Below are positions 20,081-31,300 of a DNA stretch of 32,653 nucleotides, piece after piece. This DNA is from Cyanophora paradoxa CCMP329. Lineage: Eukaryota; Plantae; Glaucophyta. A program made the translations under genes and the position numbers. Numbering within the stretch: position 1 is the first letter of the stretch; each line of letters begins with the position of its first letter. The stretch lies in the NCBI GenBank assembly GCA_004431415.1, contig QPMI01000367.1:1-32653 (forward strand), given 5' to 3'. Below the pieces are notes generated by a model. That model was not told the origin of the DNA and did no database searches. It saw nothing but the letters and a program-made list of their open reading frames with translations.

Positions 20081-20329
20081 CTGGCGCCAGCGACGGCCCC
20101 ACCGCCGCCCTCCCAGCGCGCGATCGCCCGCCCCCGCCCCTCCCTGTACAGAGCCCCGTCCCCGCCTGCAGCGCCCCGTCCTCCCCCGCCCTGTCCACCG
20201 CCCTCCGACCGCGCCTCGCTCCCTCCTCCTCTTCGCTGTCCCTAGCCTTGACTGGTGGTTATGGTACAAGCTACCTACTCCTACGCCTGCCTGCCTAGCC
20301 TGCCGGCCTTGGAATCCGGACCTGGGCGG

Positions 20330-21165
20330 CTACATCTCGTCGTCCCAGTGCTTGAAGGCGGGGCTCCACTTGATGGTCTTCATCATCTCCTGCATCGTCG
20401 CGTCGTACTTCGCCCGCGTCTCGTTCGTCACCTGAGCGCCAGCCGCTCAGCGGGCGGGCGGGTCCCGCGCGCTCGCCCCCCGGGGCGCAGGGGAGCACCG
20501 CGGCGAGGTCCCGCTCGAGCTGCGCGTACTTCTCCTCGAACCTGCGGGCAGGGGGGCGAGCTCAGCGCCCCGTCTCCCCCGCCGGGGCGCCCAGGCCTCC
20601 TTCACTGCGCTACCTCTTCAACTCCACGTCGAACTGCAGGCCGGCGATCCGTCAGAGGGGGGCACAGAAGGGCGACAGGGAGGGGGGTAACGGGCTCGCC
20701 TGCTTGACCCACGCCTTGTTGTCCGCGATGCGCTTCACAAGCAGCTGCGCGGCGTTCGGTCAGGCCGCGCGGGCGGGCGCCCAAGGGAAGGGCCCGACCT
20801 CTCTCCTCTCCCGGAACTAGAGAACGAGGGCGGCGCGTCAGCGAGGGCAACGGCCCGCCGCGGGCGACGGCGGCGAGCGCACGGGCTTGAACTGGTGCCC
20901 GTAATCTGCGTTCGCGTGTCAGCGTTGCCCGCGCACGCGTGCGCGGGCCCGGCGCACCGTCGATGCCCTCCTTGTCCTTCTTGATCTCTGCGACGGCCAG
21001 GCTCACGCAGGGGCGCAAGAGGAAACGCTAAAGCGCACCGTGCTCTAACTCAGCCAGGCGCTGCTCGGCCACCTGGAGCGTGCCGCGTGAGCAGAGAGAA
21101 AGAGAGAGCGGTTGAGCGGCGAGCTCTGGACACGCCTGAACGATAGCCGCGCTCTGACTGGCCAT
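20330..21165 (-). CDS. Small (114 aa) coiled-coil protein encoded by 9 short exons; function unknown
   Basis: Spliced: MASQSAAIVQVAEQRLAELEHEIKKDKEGIDDYGHQFKPFRERRELLVKRIADNKAWVKQFDVELKRFEEKYAQLERDLAAVTNETRAKYDATMQEMMKTIKWSPAFKHWDDEM*; all 8 introns have GT/GC...AG ends and preserve the frame. Confidence 0.7.
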
Positions 21166-21666
21166 GGAGTCGAATGCATAAGTAGAATTCTGAAAGAACT
21201 TGTTGTCCTGTGAGGGGGAACGCGTGAGCAGCGCTTAGCTAGAGCAGGCTGGCTAATTAGATGCGGGCCAGCATGCCGCAGGGAAGGAAGCTAGCGTGTT
21301 CTCATATCTAGCGATATGCAGCTGCAGCAGGCTCGATGTGGAGCTGCGGCAGGCTCGCAAGGAGCACAGAGTCGGCCGGTTTCGAACGACACTGCCGGTG
21401 TCGCACCATCTTTGGCTTCCCCTTTGCGCCGCCCTTGGCGCCGCCCTTGGCCCCGCTGGCCGACATCTTTTATACGGTTTACACGTACCCGTCTAAAGCC
21501 CACTCATACAAAAAGCCCGTCCGCCGCCGGCAGCGTTGCCGTTTAGTTTGCGCAGCACATCGCCGGATCGGGGCGGGGCTCGGAGCTGCAGAGCCCCCGC
21601 GCCGGATCGAAGCTGCACGCGCCAGCCGCCACGCGCCTGCGACGACGAGACCAGCACTGAAGCATC

Positions 21667-24174
21667 ATGTTCGCGGCTCCCCTTTATCCGGCTGCAGCAC
21701 TGCGCGGCGATGCGCCGGTGGCTCAGCGTCGCGCCTTCCTCGGGGCGGAAGTCTGCCAGCGGGCTGAGCGGCCCCGCGTGCGCCGGCCGGCGTCACGGAG
21801 CTCGCGTACAGTGGCCAAAGCGTCGTTTGGGCGGGCGGAACAGGGCGCCGATCGTGGCTCGCCGGTGCGCATGCGCAGCGACACGCGCCATGCGCCTTTC
21901 CGCCGCGGCCGCCGGCCGACACGGCGGGTCCGGCCGCAGGAGCCGCGCATGAAGGTGTTCGCGGCGGCCCTGGCGCGCGCTTGGGCAAACCGCAGCGCTT
22001 GGCTCGCGGCGGGGGCGGCAGCGGCGAGCATCTTCCTCGTGAACCCGAACGCAAACGCGTGCGCCGCGCCGCCGCGGCGGAGCAGAAAAGCGCCGGGGCC
22101 GGGTCTCACCGAGCGGGGCAGGTACCCGGGACTAAACGAGTCTCTGCAGCAGCAGGCGGCGCGGAACCAGATGGCGGAGGAGCAGGAGATCTTCAACGAG
22201 GCGTGGGCTGTGGTGAACCAGACGTACGTGGACACCGAGAAGCTCGAGGAGCTCGACTGGCACGCGGTCTTCGCCGAGGTGCTGGAGGGGAAGAGCCCGG
22301 GGAACCGGGAGGAGACGTACGGGGCGATCCGGCGGATGCTGGAGCGGCTGGGGGACCCCTACACGCGCTTCCTCGACCCCAAGCAATTCTCCTCGTTCGA
22401 GATCAGCACCTCCGGCGACCTCTCCGTGCGTCCTGCGCCCCGCGCGGCCCGCCCCGCGCCGCCCCGCCTGCAGTTCAGCGTGCGCGCAGGGCGTGGGCCT
22501 GCAGTTCAGCCTCAACGAGGGCGGCGAGGTCGAGGTCATCGCGCCCCTCGAGGGCGGGCCCGCAGGTCCCCGCCCCCTGCCCCGCTCCCCAGCTCGGGGC
22601 GCGCCCTCAGGCCCCCGCAGAGAAGGCGGGGATCGAGCCGGGGGACGTGATCGTGGCGATCGACGGGGAGGCGACGGAGGGGATGGGCGTGGACGACATC
22701 GCCACGCGCATCCGCGGGCCCAAGGGCACCCCCGTCACCCTCACCGTCGCCCGCCCGGGGGCCGCCCCCGAGGAGCGCCAGCGCGACTACCGCCTCGTCC
22801 GCGACAAGGCGCCCCCCGCCCGCCCCCCGCACCTGCACAAACGTCCCCGCCGCCGCTCACCCGAGCACGCCGCCGCCCCACAGGTGCAGGTCACGCCGGT
22901 CTTCGCGCAGCTCTACGAGGTCCCCGAAGACGGTACCCCCGCCGCCGGCCCGGCGGACGTGCCCCTCGCCTCGGGGCTGACCGGCGGGGGCAGAGGCGGC
23001 GATCCTCGCGGCGCGGGAGGGGCGCCCCGAGCCGCCGGGCCCCACGGACAAGATCGGGTGCGCTGCTCTCCCCGGGGCCCTCTAGATCGCCAGCCACGGA
23101 TCTCAGGGGCGGGGCAGGTACATCTTCCTGCGGGAGTTCTCGATGAACGCGGGGCGGGAGGTGGCGCGCGCGGTGGACCGCCTGGATGCGCAGGGCGCGC
23201 AGGGGTACGTGCTCGACCTGCGCAACAACCCGGGCGGCGTGCTTGACGCCGGCCTCGACATCGCCCGCCTCTGGCTCGAGCCCGGCTCCCCCGTCGGTGC
23301 GCCTCCCCCGGGGCCCCGCGCGCGCCGGCCGGCGGCCCCGCGCGGCGCCGACGGGGCCGGGCGCGCAGTGTACACGATCAACCGCGAGAAAGAGGAGGTG
23401 ACGTACACGTCGGGCCCCGGGGGCGCTGCGGTGGACACGGACGGGCGGCTGCGGGGCGAGGGCGGGGGCTCGCGCCTCGCCCACCCCGTCGTCCGCAAGC
23501 CCCTCGTCGTCCTCGTCAACCGCGGCTCCGCCTCCGCCTCCGAGGTGCCCGAGCCGCTCCCCGTCGCCTCCGCCCTCCCCCCTCCCCCTCACCCCCTCGT
23601 CGCCGAGAGTAGATCGTCGCCAGCGCCCTCCAGGAGAACTGCCGCGGTGCCCCCGCGCCCTCGCCCCCCCGCGCCCGCCCCCTCCCGGGCAGCGCTTCTG
23701 AGGGGGCGCGGGGCAGCGGTGCTGGTGGGCTCGCGGACGTACGGGAAGGGCCTGGTGCAGGCGGTCTTCCGGCTCTTCGACGGGAGCGCGATGACGGTGA
23801 CGGTGGCGCGCTACGAGACGGCGGCGCGCCACGACATCCACAAGGTCGGCGTCCAGCCGGACCTCCCCTTCCCCCGCCCCCCCTCCTCCCCCTCCTCCGC
23901 CTCTGCCTCCTCGGGGGAGGCGGACACGACGCTGGCGGCGCGCTTCCGGCGGCTGCTCGACGGCAAGAAGGTGGAGCGCCTCGAGGAGGAGGCGGGCGAG
24001 GGGGGGCGGGGGGCCGGGGAGGCCCCGCTGGACCCCCGCACGGCGATTGCGCTCGTGAACCCCCTCAAGCTCGCCCCGCGCCTCGACGAGTGCGAGCGCC
24101 CCGACGGCCAGCGCGGGCCCGCCCGGCCCCTCGAGCTCCCCGCCCCCGCCCCCGCCCCCATCGCCGCCCGCTGA
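21667..24174 (+). CDS. ctpA: C-terminal processing protease (peptidase S41A, CtpA-like) with plastid and lumen targeting
   Basis: MFAAPLY... transit peptide; hydrophobic WLAAGAAAASIFLVNPNANA; IFNEAWAVVNQTYVD, LGDPYTRFLDP, GVGLQ, PDZ segment AEKAGIEPGDVIVAIDG...RIRGPKGT, VLDLRNNPGG, VLVNRGSASASE (catalytic Ser), RTYGKGLVQ (catalytic Lys), TVARYET. Confidence 0.93.
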
Positions 24175-24533
24175 CCTCGGCCGCCCGCCCGCCCCGGCCC
24201 CTGTTGTACTCTACCTGTACCCTAAGTATTCTTCAGCTCGTCGAGATCTCCTGCTTCGTAGTGGCCGGCGCCTTGCATGCGGTGCAGCTGGGCCCTCCCC
24301 GCCTGTTCCTTTTCATTCCTCGGCGGTGCCGGATAAATAGCAACCCGCGAAGCCCGTCCCTCGACGACCCGCGCTCCGTCAATAAGGGACCGCCCTGGCA
24401 GCACAAGCCAAATCACGAGGTGGGGCGGGGCCAGCTGCTGACGAGCCTAGGCGCAGCGTCGCTGCAGCGGGCGTGGCACAGAAAGGCAGTTGTTGAACGA
24501 AGACCTCATCCACGGCACAGAATGGCTGAGAAC

Positions 24534-25527
24534 TTAGGAATCCTGGACAATGTTGCCCTTCTCCGACACGTAGATACCTGCCCAGCGAGTCAGTGGATGC
24601 AGACGGGGACGAGGCAGCGGGGCCGCACCGTCAAGGAACTTGCGGATATCCTTGTCGGTGACACGGCCGGTCTGCCAGATCTGGGCAGCTGTGGGGGCGT
24701 ATGAGCACAGGTGCGGCGGACAAGCGCTCGACTCCCGCGGCGCTAGATGGCGCACCCGAGAGCGAGACGTTGGTGACGTCGTTGCCCTCAAGGACAATCT
24801 CATCCTTGACCTTCTCCGAGCGGGTAATGGAGACGCCCGGAAGCATCTCGCAGCGGCGGACGATCTTCTCGCCGAGGAAGTTGCGGATCTCGATGATCTT
24901 CTTGTCGGAGGTGATGGTGGCGTTGACGGGGAAGTGAGCGTACACGAAGCGCATCTTGTACTGGTAGCCCTGCGGAAAGGGGTCAAACATGGGAGCGAGG
25001 GCGCACGCAGCGGTCGTTCGACGGACAAAAGAGGCAATACGTCTCAAAAAGAGGCGGGGCGTGGGGCGGGGCACGGGGCGAGACCGCGAACCTTGGTCAC
25101 ACCGATGATCATGTTCTGGATGTGGGTGCAGATCGTGCGGATGCAGGCAGCCTGCTTGCGGTTCGAGAACCACATCTCCGCCTTCACCTTCTTGCCGTGG
25201 TGGAACACTGTCAGGTCCAGGTTCGGGACGTGCTGGAAGTTCCGGCTGAGGGTGCCACGCGGGCCCGTCACGCGGACCTTCCGCGCCTTGATCTCGACCT
25301 TAACTGCAAATCCGAAAACGGCGATCGTTAGAAGCGACAACACAGGCCGCGGCCGCGTGTGCGGCAAGCTTGATGCGAGCTATAAGCTAAGCCGGCAAGC
25401 CCCCGGAATCGCGGGGCGTCGTGCTGAAGGCCTAAGACATACTACATCCGACGCGCGCTCGTGCACGACGCAGCTACGCACCACCATCGGGGATGGTGAT
25501 GACCTGGTTCTGCTGGATGGTCTTCAT
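24534..25527 (-). CDS. RPL9: 60S ribosomal protein L9 (uL6)
   Basis: [38 protein letters not shown]...[35 protein letters not shown]...[10 protein letters not shown]...[10 protein letters not shown]...[16 protein letters not shown]. Confidence 0.97.
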
Positions 25528-25682
25528 CTTCTGTGCCTGCAAGGGGCGCCCCCGCGATCAGATGATGCGTTGCAAAGAAGCGGGCCGCTATACTCCAGGC
25601 TACGGGATCGCTGGCGCGCTCGGGAGGCCGGGCACGTTGCTATGCCGACGGGGTGCTAGCGGCGGCAGTCCAGACGCTTTCT

Positions 25683-27195
25683 ATGAACTACTCTGTCCTA
25701 TGCAATCGCTTCCAGCCCGCTCCGGTGCCCAGGAACGGCTGGAGCTCCCAGCGCTCGCGAACCACGCACCCGTACTGCCTCTGCCACGTACCCCGGTCGG
25801 CCTTCTCCAACCCCCCACCGAACTTCTCCTACCCCCCACAGGACGAGCCCGTCGAGCCCAAGCACTATGACGAGCACCGCCGGCCCTGCTTCGAGGCAGG
25901 CTACGATGAGCTCACGAGCTAAAGCACGAACCCGACCCGTGCTCCCGCTCCAGCTCACTGTTGAGTCGAAAAACGAGTTCCAGTTGCGTTGCTCTAGCTA
26001 AGCGGCCCCGCCCAGCTGAACGTGCCCGCCGCAGGTATGAGACCTGGGATGCGGACGACGACGCCCCCGTGAGCCGCGGATCCTGCGCCGCATCGCAGGC
26101 CGGCTCGCTGAACCCGCTTGCCAGGTCACCACGTGCCATCTGCACGAAGAGCACATGGACAACTTCAGGTGTACCGGCCGAGTCTCACGGGCGCCGCGGC
26201 GCAGCTCACGCGGCGGTGCAGAGTGTCGGCCGTGTTGCGCCGCTTCCCAGCGCTCCGGCAGCTGGCGGTGGAGGACGTGAAGCGGATCCTCACGTTCCGC
26301 GAGGACGAGGCGACCAAGAAAGGGTGCGATCGGGCCGGGCTTAAACCGCGCGCCGCTGCTGAAGCGCGCGTCGTGCCTCAGGGCGGTGGTGGCGAAGCCC
26401 GTGGCGAAGCGGGCGCCGCAGGCGGGGTCGACGGCCAAGTCTGGGACGTACAGCTACGTGCCGGAGGGCGTGCGGCCCTCCACCATAACCCGCAGCGTCC
26501 AGGCCCCGCCCCCCTTCCTCCCCGTGCGCGCCCGCCCCTCCCCCCCCCTTCCGCCAGGGCGGCCCGAGCGGGGCGCAGGTGAACCCGTCGGAGGCGCGGC
26601 AGGCGCTGAAGGAGGACTCGGCGTACGTGGGGGCGGCCTCGCCCTACGACGCCGAGCGCAGGGCCGGCTGGCTCAAGGCGCAGGAGGAGGCGAAGAAGCG
26701 CACGGGCGGGAGCTGGGTCCCCTCCTCGGGCTGGACGGACGCCCGCGAGCGCATCAAGATCGGCTACACGATGACCAGCCCCGACGAGGAGGCCCTCAAG
26801 CGCGAGCGCGAGCGCCTGCGCCGCACCGCTCCCGCCGCCCCCGCCGACGCCCCGCCCGAGTCCCCGCCCTCGCCCCGCCTCCCCCTGCTGGAGGATGGCG
26901 CCCGCGCCGCGGAGGGCGGGGCGGCGGAGGCGGCGCCGGGCGAGGCGGACCCCGCGGGGAGGAGGCGGGGGCGGGGCGGGGGCGGAGTCGCCGGGGCGCG
27001 GGAGGATTTGTTGACGGCGCGCTCGACGGCGCGCTCGCAGCCGCGCTCCCAGGGCACCGACAAGGCGAGCCGCGCCCCGCGGGGGGCGGCGCCGCGCGCC
27101 GCGACCCCGGCGCGGCGCCTGACGCGGGGCCGCCGCAGGGGCGCTCCCAGGACGGCCTCGCCGTCGCCTACGTCGACCCCGCGCCCTTCGAATGA
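25683..27195 (+). CDS. Hypothetical protein
   Basis: Protein-like exons bounded by splice signals (RRFPALRQLAVEDVKRILTFREDEATKK; NPSEARQALKEDSAYVGAASPYDAERRAGWLKAQEEAKKR...; last exon GRSQDGLAVAYVDPAPFE*). The start and 5' exons are uncertain. Confidence 0.5.
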
Positions 27196-27351
27196 CGCGC
27201 CTCTCCTCCGCCCTCCCCGCTATCCCCTCCTCGCCTCTGCCCCTCCCGCGCCCCCGCCCGCCGTGCCCTCCCACCCCGACCCCCGACCCCCGCGCCAGCT
27301 CTTGCGTGTGCTCGAAGCACGGAAGCTCTCGCAGCCGCGCGCGGGGCCCCG

Positions 27352-28238
27352 CTACGCGGCGCCGGAGGGGAAGAAGCGGACAGCGGAGTCGGCGAGGGCG
27401 AAGTGGAGGCGGGCGGCGAGGCGGCGGGGGGCCGGCCCCGGGGCGGGGCGGAGCCAGAGGCGGAGCTGGCCGTGCACGTCCTGCGAGAAGCCCGAGGCCA
27501 GGCCGGCGACCTCCAGCACCGCGTCGCTCGCCGCCTCCGCCGCCCGCAGCGCCGCCGCCCCGCCGCCCCGTCCTCCTCCTCCTCGGGCCCCGCCTCGAGC
27601 GCGTCGGCGTGGGCGAGGGCGACGAGGGCGCACTGCGGGGCGCCGGACATCGCCCAGAGGTACTGCAGCGCGTCCGCCGCCTCCGCGTCGCTGCCGCACG
27701 CCGCCGCGAGAGTCGACACGCCATCGAGCACCACCACGCTCCGCCGCTCGCCCGCCGCCCCGGGCGCCACCGTCGCGAAGCTCGCCGCCTCCGCCCGCTG
27801 CACGCGCTGCCGCACCTCCCGCACCAGCGCCTCGCCCACGCTCGCCGCGCCGGCGCCGCCGGGCGACAGGAGGTTCGTCCGGCCCGCCGGCGCCGGGCCG
27901 GCCCACGCGTACGGGCAGGATAGCGCGTCCAATACCTCCAGCTGCTTCGAGGCGAGGTAGGGCGCCAGGCTCGTCCCCTGCGCGCCGGGCGGGTCATGCC
28001 GATCGCGCTGGGCGCTGCGGGCGCGGCCGGGGCGGACCAGCTTCTTGGATACGGCGGCGTAGTGCTCTTGCGTCTCCTCGAACGCGACGACGACCGCATG
28101 GAATCCCGCGCGGAGGTAGAGCGCGAGCAGCTGGACGACCAGGAAGCGCCCGTCCGCTGACACGCAGTCCTTCACCAGCACGCGCGCGCCCGCCTTCGGC
28201 GCATCCTCCTTCCAACCGAGGAGCTCGGCCAGCTGCAT
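27352..28238 (-). CDS. ELP6: Elongator complex protein 6 (apparent 1-nt frameshift near 27560)
   Basis: MQLAELLGW...RVLVKDCVSADGRFLVVQLL...VVVAFEETQEHYAAVSKKL/GTSL...VVVLDGVSTL...LVALAHAD...DAVLEVAGLASGFSQDVHGQL...LHFALADSAVRFF; ELP6 RecA-like signature motifs. Confidence 0.88.
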
Positions 28239-28319
28239 GGCTGGAAGCGCTTCGAATTCGATACCCGGGCACGCTGCCGTCCGCATCGAATTCGCGCGCC
28301 GCAACTTTACTATCAACGA
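28239..28319. promoter_or_regulatory. Putative bidirectional promoter for ELP6 and VPS13
   Basis: Only 81 nt between divergent ATGs; carries the palindrome TCGAATTCGA (28252-28261) and TCGAATTCG (28286-28294). Confidence 0.6.
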
Positions 28320-31300
28320 ATGCAGGGCATCCTCTCGTCGGTGCTTACGCACACGCTGGGGGGGCTGCTTGAGACGCCACCGAACCTCAGCCTCTCACTT
28401 TACTCGGGTCCGCCGTTTGCCTGTGACGCGCTTCCAGCGCCGCGAGCATCGCCGCGCGCGCGCGCGCGCGCGCGCAGGCAAAGTCACTCTTAGCGATGTG
28501 CGGCTGCGACCGGAAGCGCTCCACGAGCGGTTCGACTTGCCCCTCGCGGTCGTCCAAGGTTCTTCTCCGGCGCTTGCCTGGCGCGCTCGAATCACACTCC
28601 TTGCGCGCAGGCTCAATTGGGAGGCTGGAATTGGCGATCCCCTGGACAAAACTAAGGAGCCAGCCGCTCCGGCTCACGCTGGAGCGCTGCGCGGTTGTCG
28701 TGCAGCCAAAGCGCAGGGGCGACGAGGAGCTCACGGAGGCGTACGTGGAAAACGTCGTGCAGCAGCACCTCGATGCGCGGCTCGCAGCGCTGGTCGCGGC
28801 GAAAGGCCCGCTGCTGGAGGAGAACGGAGACGGGAACGGGCGCGCGCCGGTGGCGACGAACACCTACGCGGACATGCTTCTCCGCAATCTGGAGGTCGCC
28901 GCGTCGATTCGCGCGTGTGGGGCCCGCGGCCTGAGCGGGCTTCGCAGGTGCTCGTCAAGGACATCCACGTGCGGTTCGAGGACCGCGCGGAGAAGGGCGT
29001 CGGCGGCGGCTTTCTCGCAGCGGGTCTCGTCCTGCGCGGTTGCGTTCCGCCCACCGATTTTCCCGGCGCCTCGCCCCGCGAGACCCTGCCGGCAGAGCTG
29101 CGCGTCCAGACGGCGGACGGGGCCGGGGGCGGAGGGCCCGGCGAGGCCAAGGAGAAGCTCGCGTCGCTGGACGGGCTCGCCGCCTACGTTGACCCGCGCG
29201 CCTCGCCGCTCCCCGCGGTGCGCACGCAGCGCCACGCCGCGCCCTCCAGGGCCAGTGTTGACGCCGGGCGGAGCAGAACTGGGAGGAGGCGATGGCGGAG
29301 GTCGCTGAGGGGCGGGGCCCCGGCCCGCCCCACGTGCTCGCGCCCGTCGCCGGGGAGGCGCGGCTGCGCTTCGCGGGCGAGCGCGAGGCGGGGGCCCCGC
29401 TGCTCGCCGTCGACCTCCGCCTCGGCCCCGCCGCCGCCCGCCTCGACGGTGCCCCTCCCTCCGCACCCGCGCGCGCCGCGCGTCGGCGAGCGGGCGCAGG
29501 CGAGCAGTACGGGGCGGCGGTGCGGAGCTTCGGGCGGCTGGCAGCGGCCTCGCGCCCGCCGGTGGACGCCGCGCTGGCGGCCAAGCGGCGCGAGGCGGCC
29601 GAGCTGGGGGCGGGGCGGCCCTCGCTGCGGCCCGGGGCGGACGCGGGCGGCTGGTGGCGCTTCGCGGGAACCTGCGCGTGGCTGCGGGCGCGCGAGCGGG
29701 CGGCCAGCGCCGGCGTAAGGCTCCGCTGGGAGCACCTCCGCCGCCGCCGCGCCCAGCGCATCGAGTACCTCCCGCTGGTGCCAGCGCCCCCGCCCCTCCG
29801 GGCCGAGCCGCTCGCCTGAGTCTGAGCGGGGGGCAGGCGGTGAAGCGGGCGACGGGGGAGGTGGTGGCGCGGCGGCAGGCGGAGCGGCTGGAGGAGCTGG
29901 AGGCGCGCGAGCTGCCCCTCTTCGACCTCGTCGCACGCCCCGCCCCGCCCACCCCTCCGATCTCCCGCCTTGCTCGCCCGCTGAGCGCGGGCAGGTGCTG
30001 CGGGCGATGGCGTCGGTGCTGGCGGCGCGGCACCGCGAGGAGAAGGCGGCGCGCGGCACCGTCCGCTCCGTCGTCGGCTCCCTCCTCGCCCGCGCCACCG
30101 CCGTCCGCCCCCGCACCCGCAGCCCCTCGCGCCCGCCGCTGACGCTGGGCGTGGGGGGCGGCAGGGGCGCCTGGGGCCGCACTCCGTGGAGGACGACGTG
30201 ATGAAGGCGGAGAGCGCCGCCGGCTCCTCCGCGCCCCTCATCGAGGCGCCCCGCCCCGCCCCGCTCCGCCCCGCCCCGCCCTCTCGCTCGGGCCGTTGCG
30301 AGCGGGGCGCAGCTGATGGGGGGCCGGGAGGGGGCGGCGGCCTTCCGGGCGGAGCTGGCGCGCTACGAGGGCCTCTTCGGGCGCGGCGGCGCGCCGGCCC
30401 GCGACGAGCTGCGCCTCACGGCCGCCCTCGGGGGCGCCTCCCTCACCCTCGTCCAGCTGGGGCCCGCGGGCGCCCCCGCGCGGCTCCTCGCGGCGTCGGC
30501 CGAGGGCCTCTCGCTGGCGGCCTCGCGGCGCGGGGAGCAGGCGGCGGTGGAGGCGCGGCTGGGGACGCTGCGGGTGGCGGACGCGGCGGAGGCGCGGCGG
30601 CCCTTCGACCTGCTGCTCGCCCCCGACGCCGCCTTCGCCCCGACGGCTCGCTTTCCCCCGCCCCCGCCGCCCCCGACGCCGCCCCGCCCCTCCTCCACCT
30701 CCGCGCCGCCCTCGCCCCCCCCGACGGCTCTGCCGACGCCTCCCTCTGGCTCCGGTGCCCCCGGGCTCCCCCGCCCGCGGCCCGCGCCCCCCTGACCCCG
30801 GCCTGCAGGCTGGGCCGGACGCGGGTGACGCTGAAGGCGAGCGTGGCGTGGCTGCCCGCCTTCCTCGCCGCCCCTGGCGCGCCGCCGCCGCCCAGGCCCA
30901 CGCCCTCCGCCGCCGCTGGCGCGCCCGCTGGCACCAGTCCGCCCCGCCCCCCCGGCCCCGCCCCGCCCCGCCTCCGCCTCAGGCTCGGCAGGCTGGCGGA
31001 GCGGGCGGAGGGGGCGGCGGAGCGGGCGGCGACGGCGGCGCCGGCGCGCTCCGTGTCGCTGGACGTCGAGCTGCACGCGCCCGACATCCTCGTCCCAGAG
31101 GCGCGCCCCCGCCCCGCCCGGCGCCCGCCGCGCGGGCCTCACGGGGGGGCAGGACCCGTGGGAGCCGCGGCGGGGCCTCGTGGCGCTGCGCCTCGGGCGC
31201 CTCGCCCTCGCCTCCGAGCTCTGCCCCTCTCCCGCCCCGCCGCCCGCCGCCCCGCCGCCCCGCCGGCCCCGCCGGCCGCGAGGCGAGCCTCGCCGCGGCG

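Noticed and set aside
1569-24174. Prokaryotic or plastid operon suggested by the linker and ctpA genes
   Set aside because: Both genes have spliceosomal introns and transit peptides and are interspersed with eukaryote-specific genes (TAF11, IFRD, RPL9, VPS13).
24222-24416. 64-aa ORF between ctpA and RPL9
   Set aside because: No ATG start and no recognisable motif; probably 3' UTR sequence.
25303-25481. Intronic snoRNA in the long first RPL9 intron
   Set aside because: No convincing C box (RTGATGA) and D box pair or H/ACA layout by eye.
28453-28475. (CG)n run as a functional Z-DNA element
   Set aside because: A short microsatellite in an intron of a CG-rich genome where similar runs are common.
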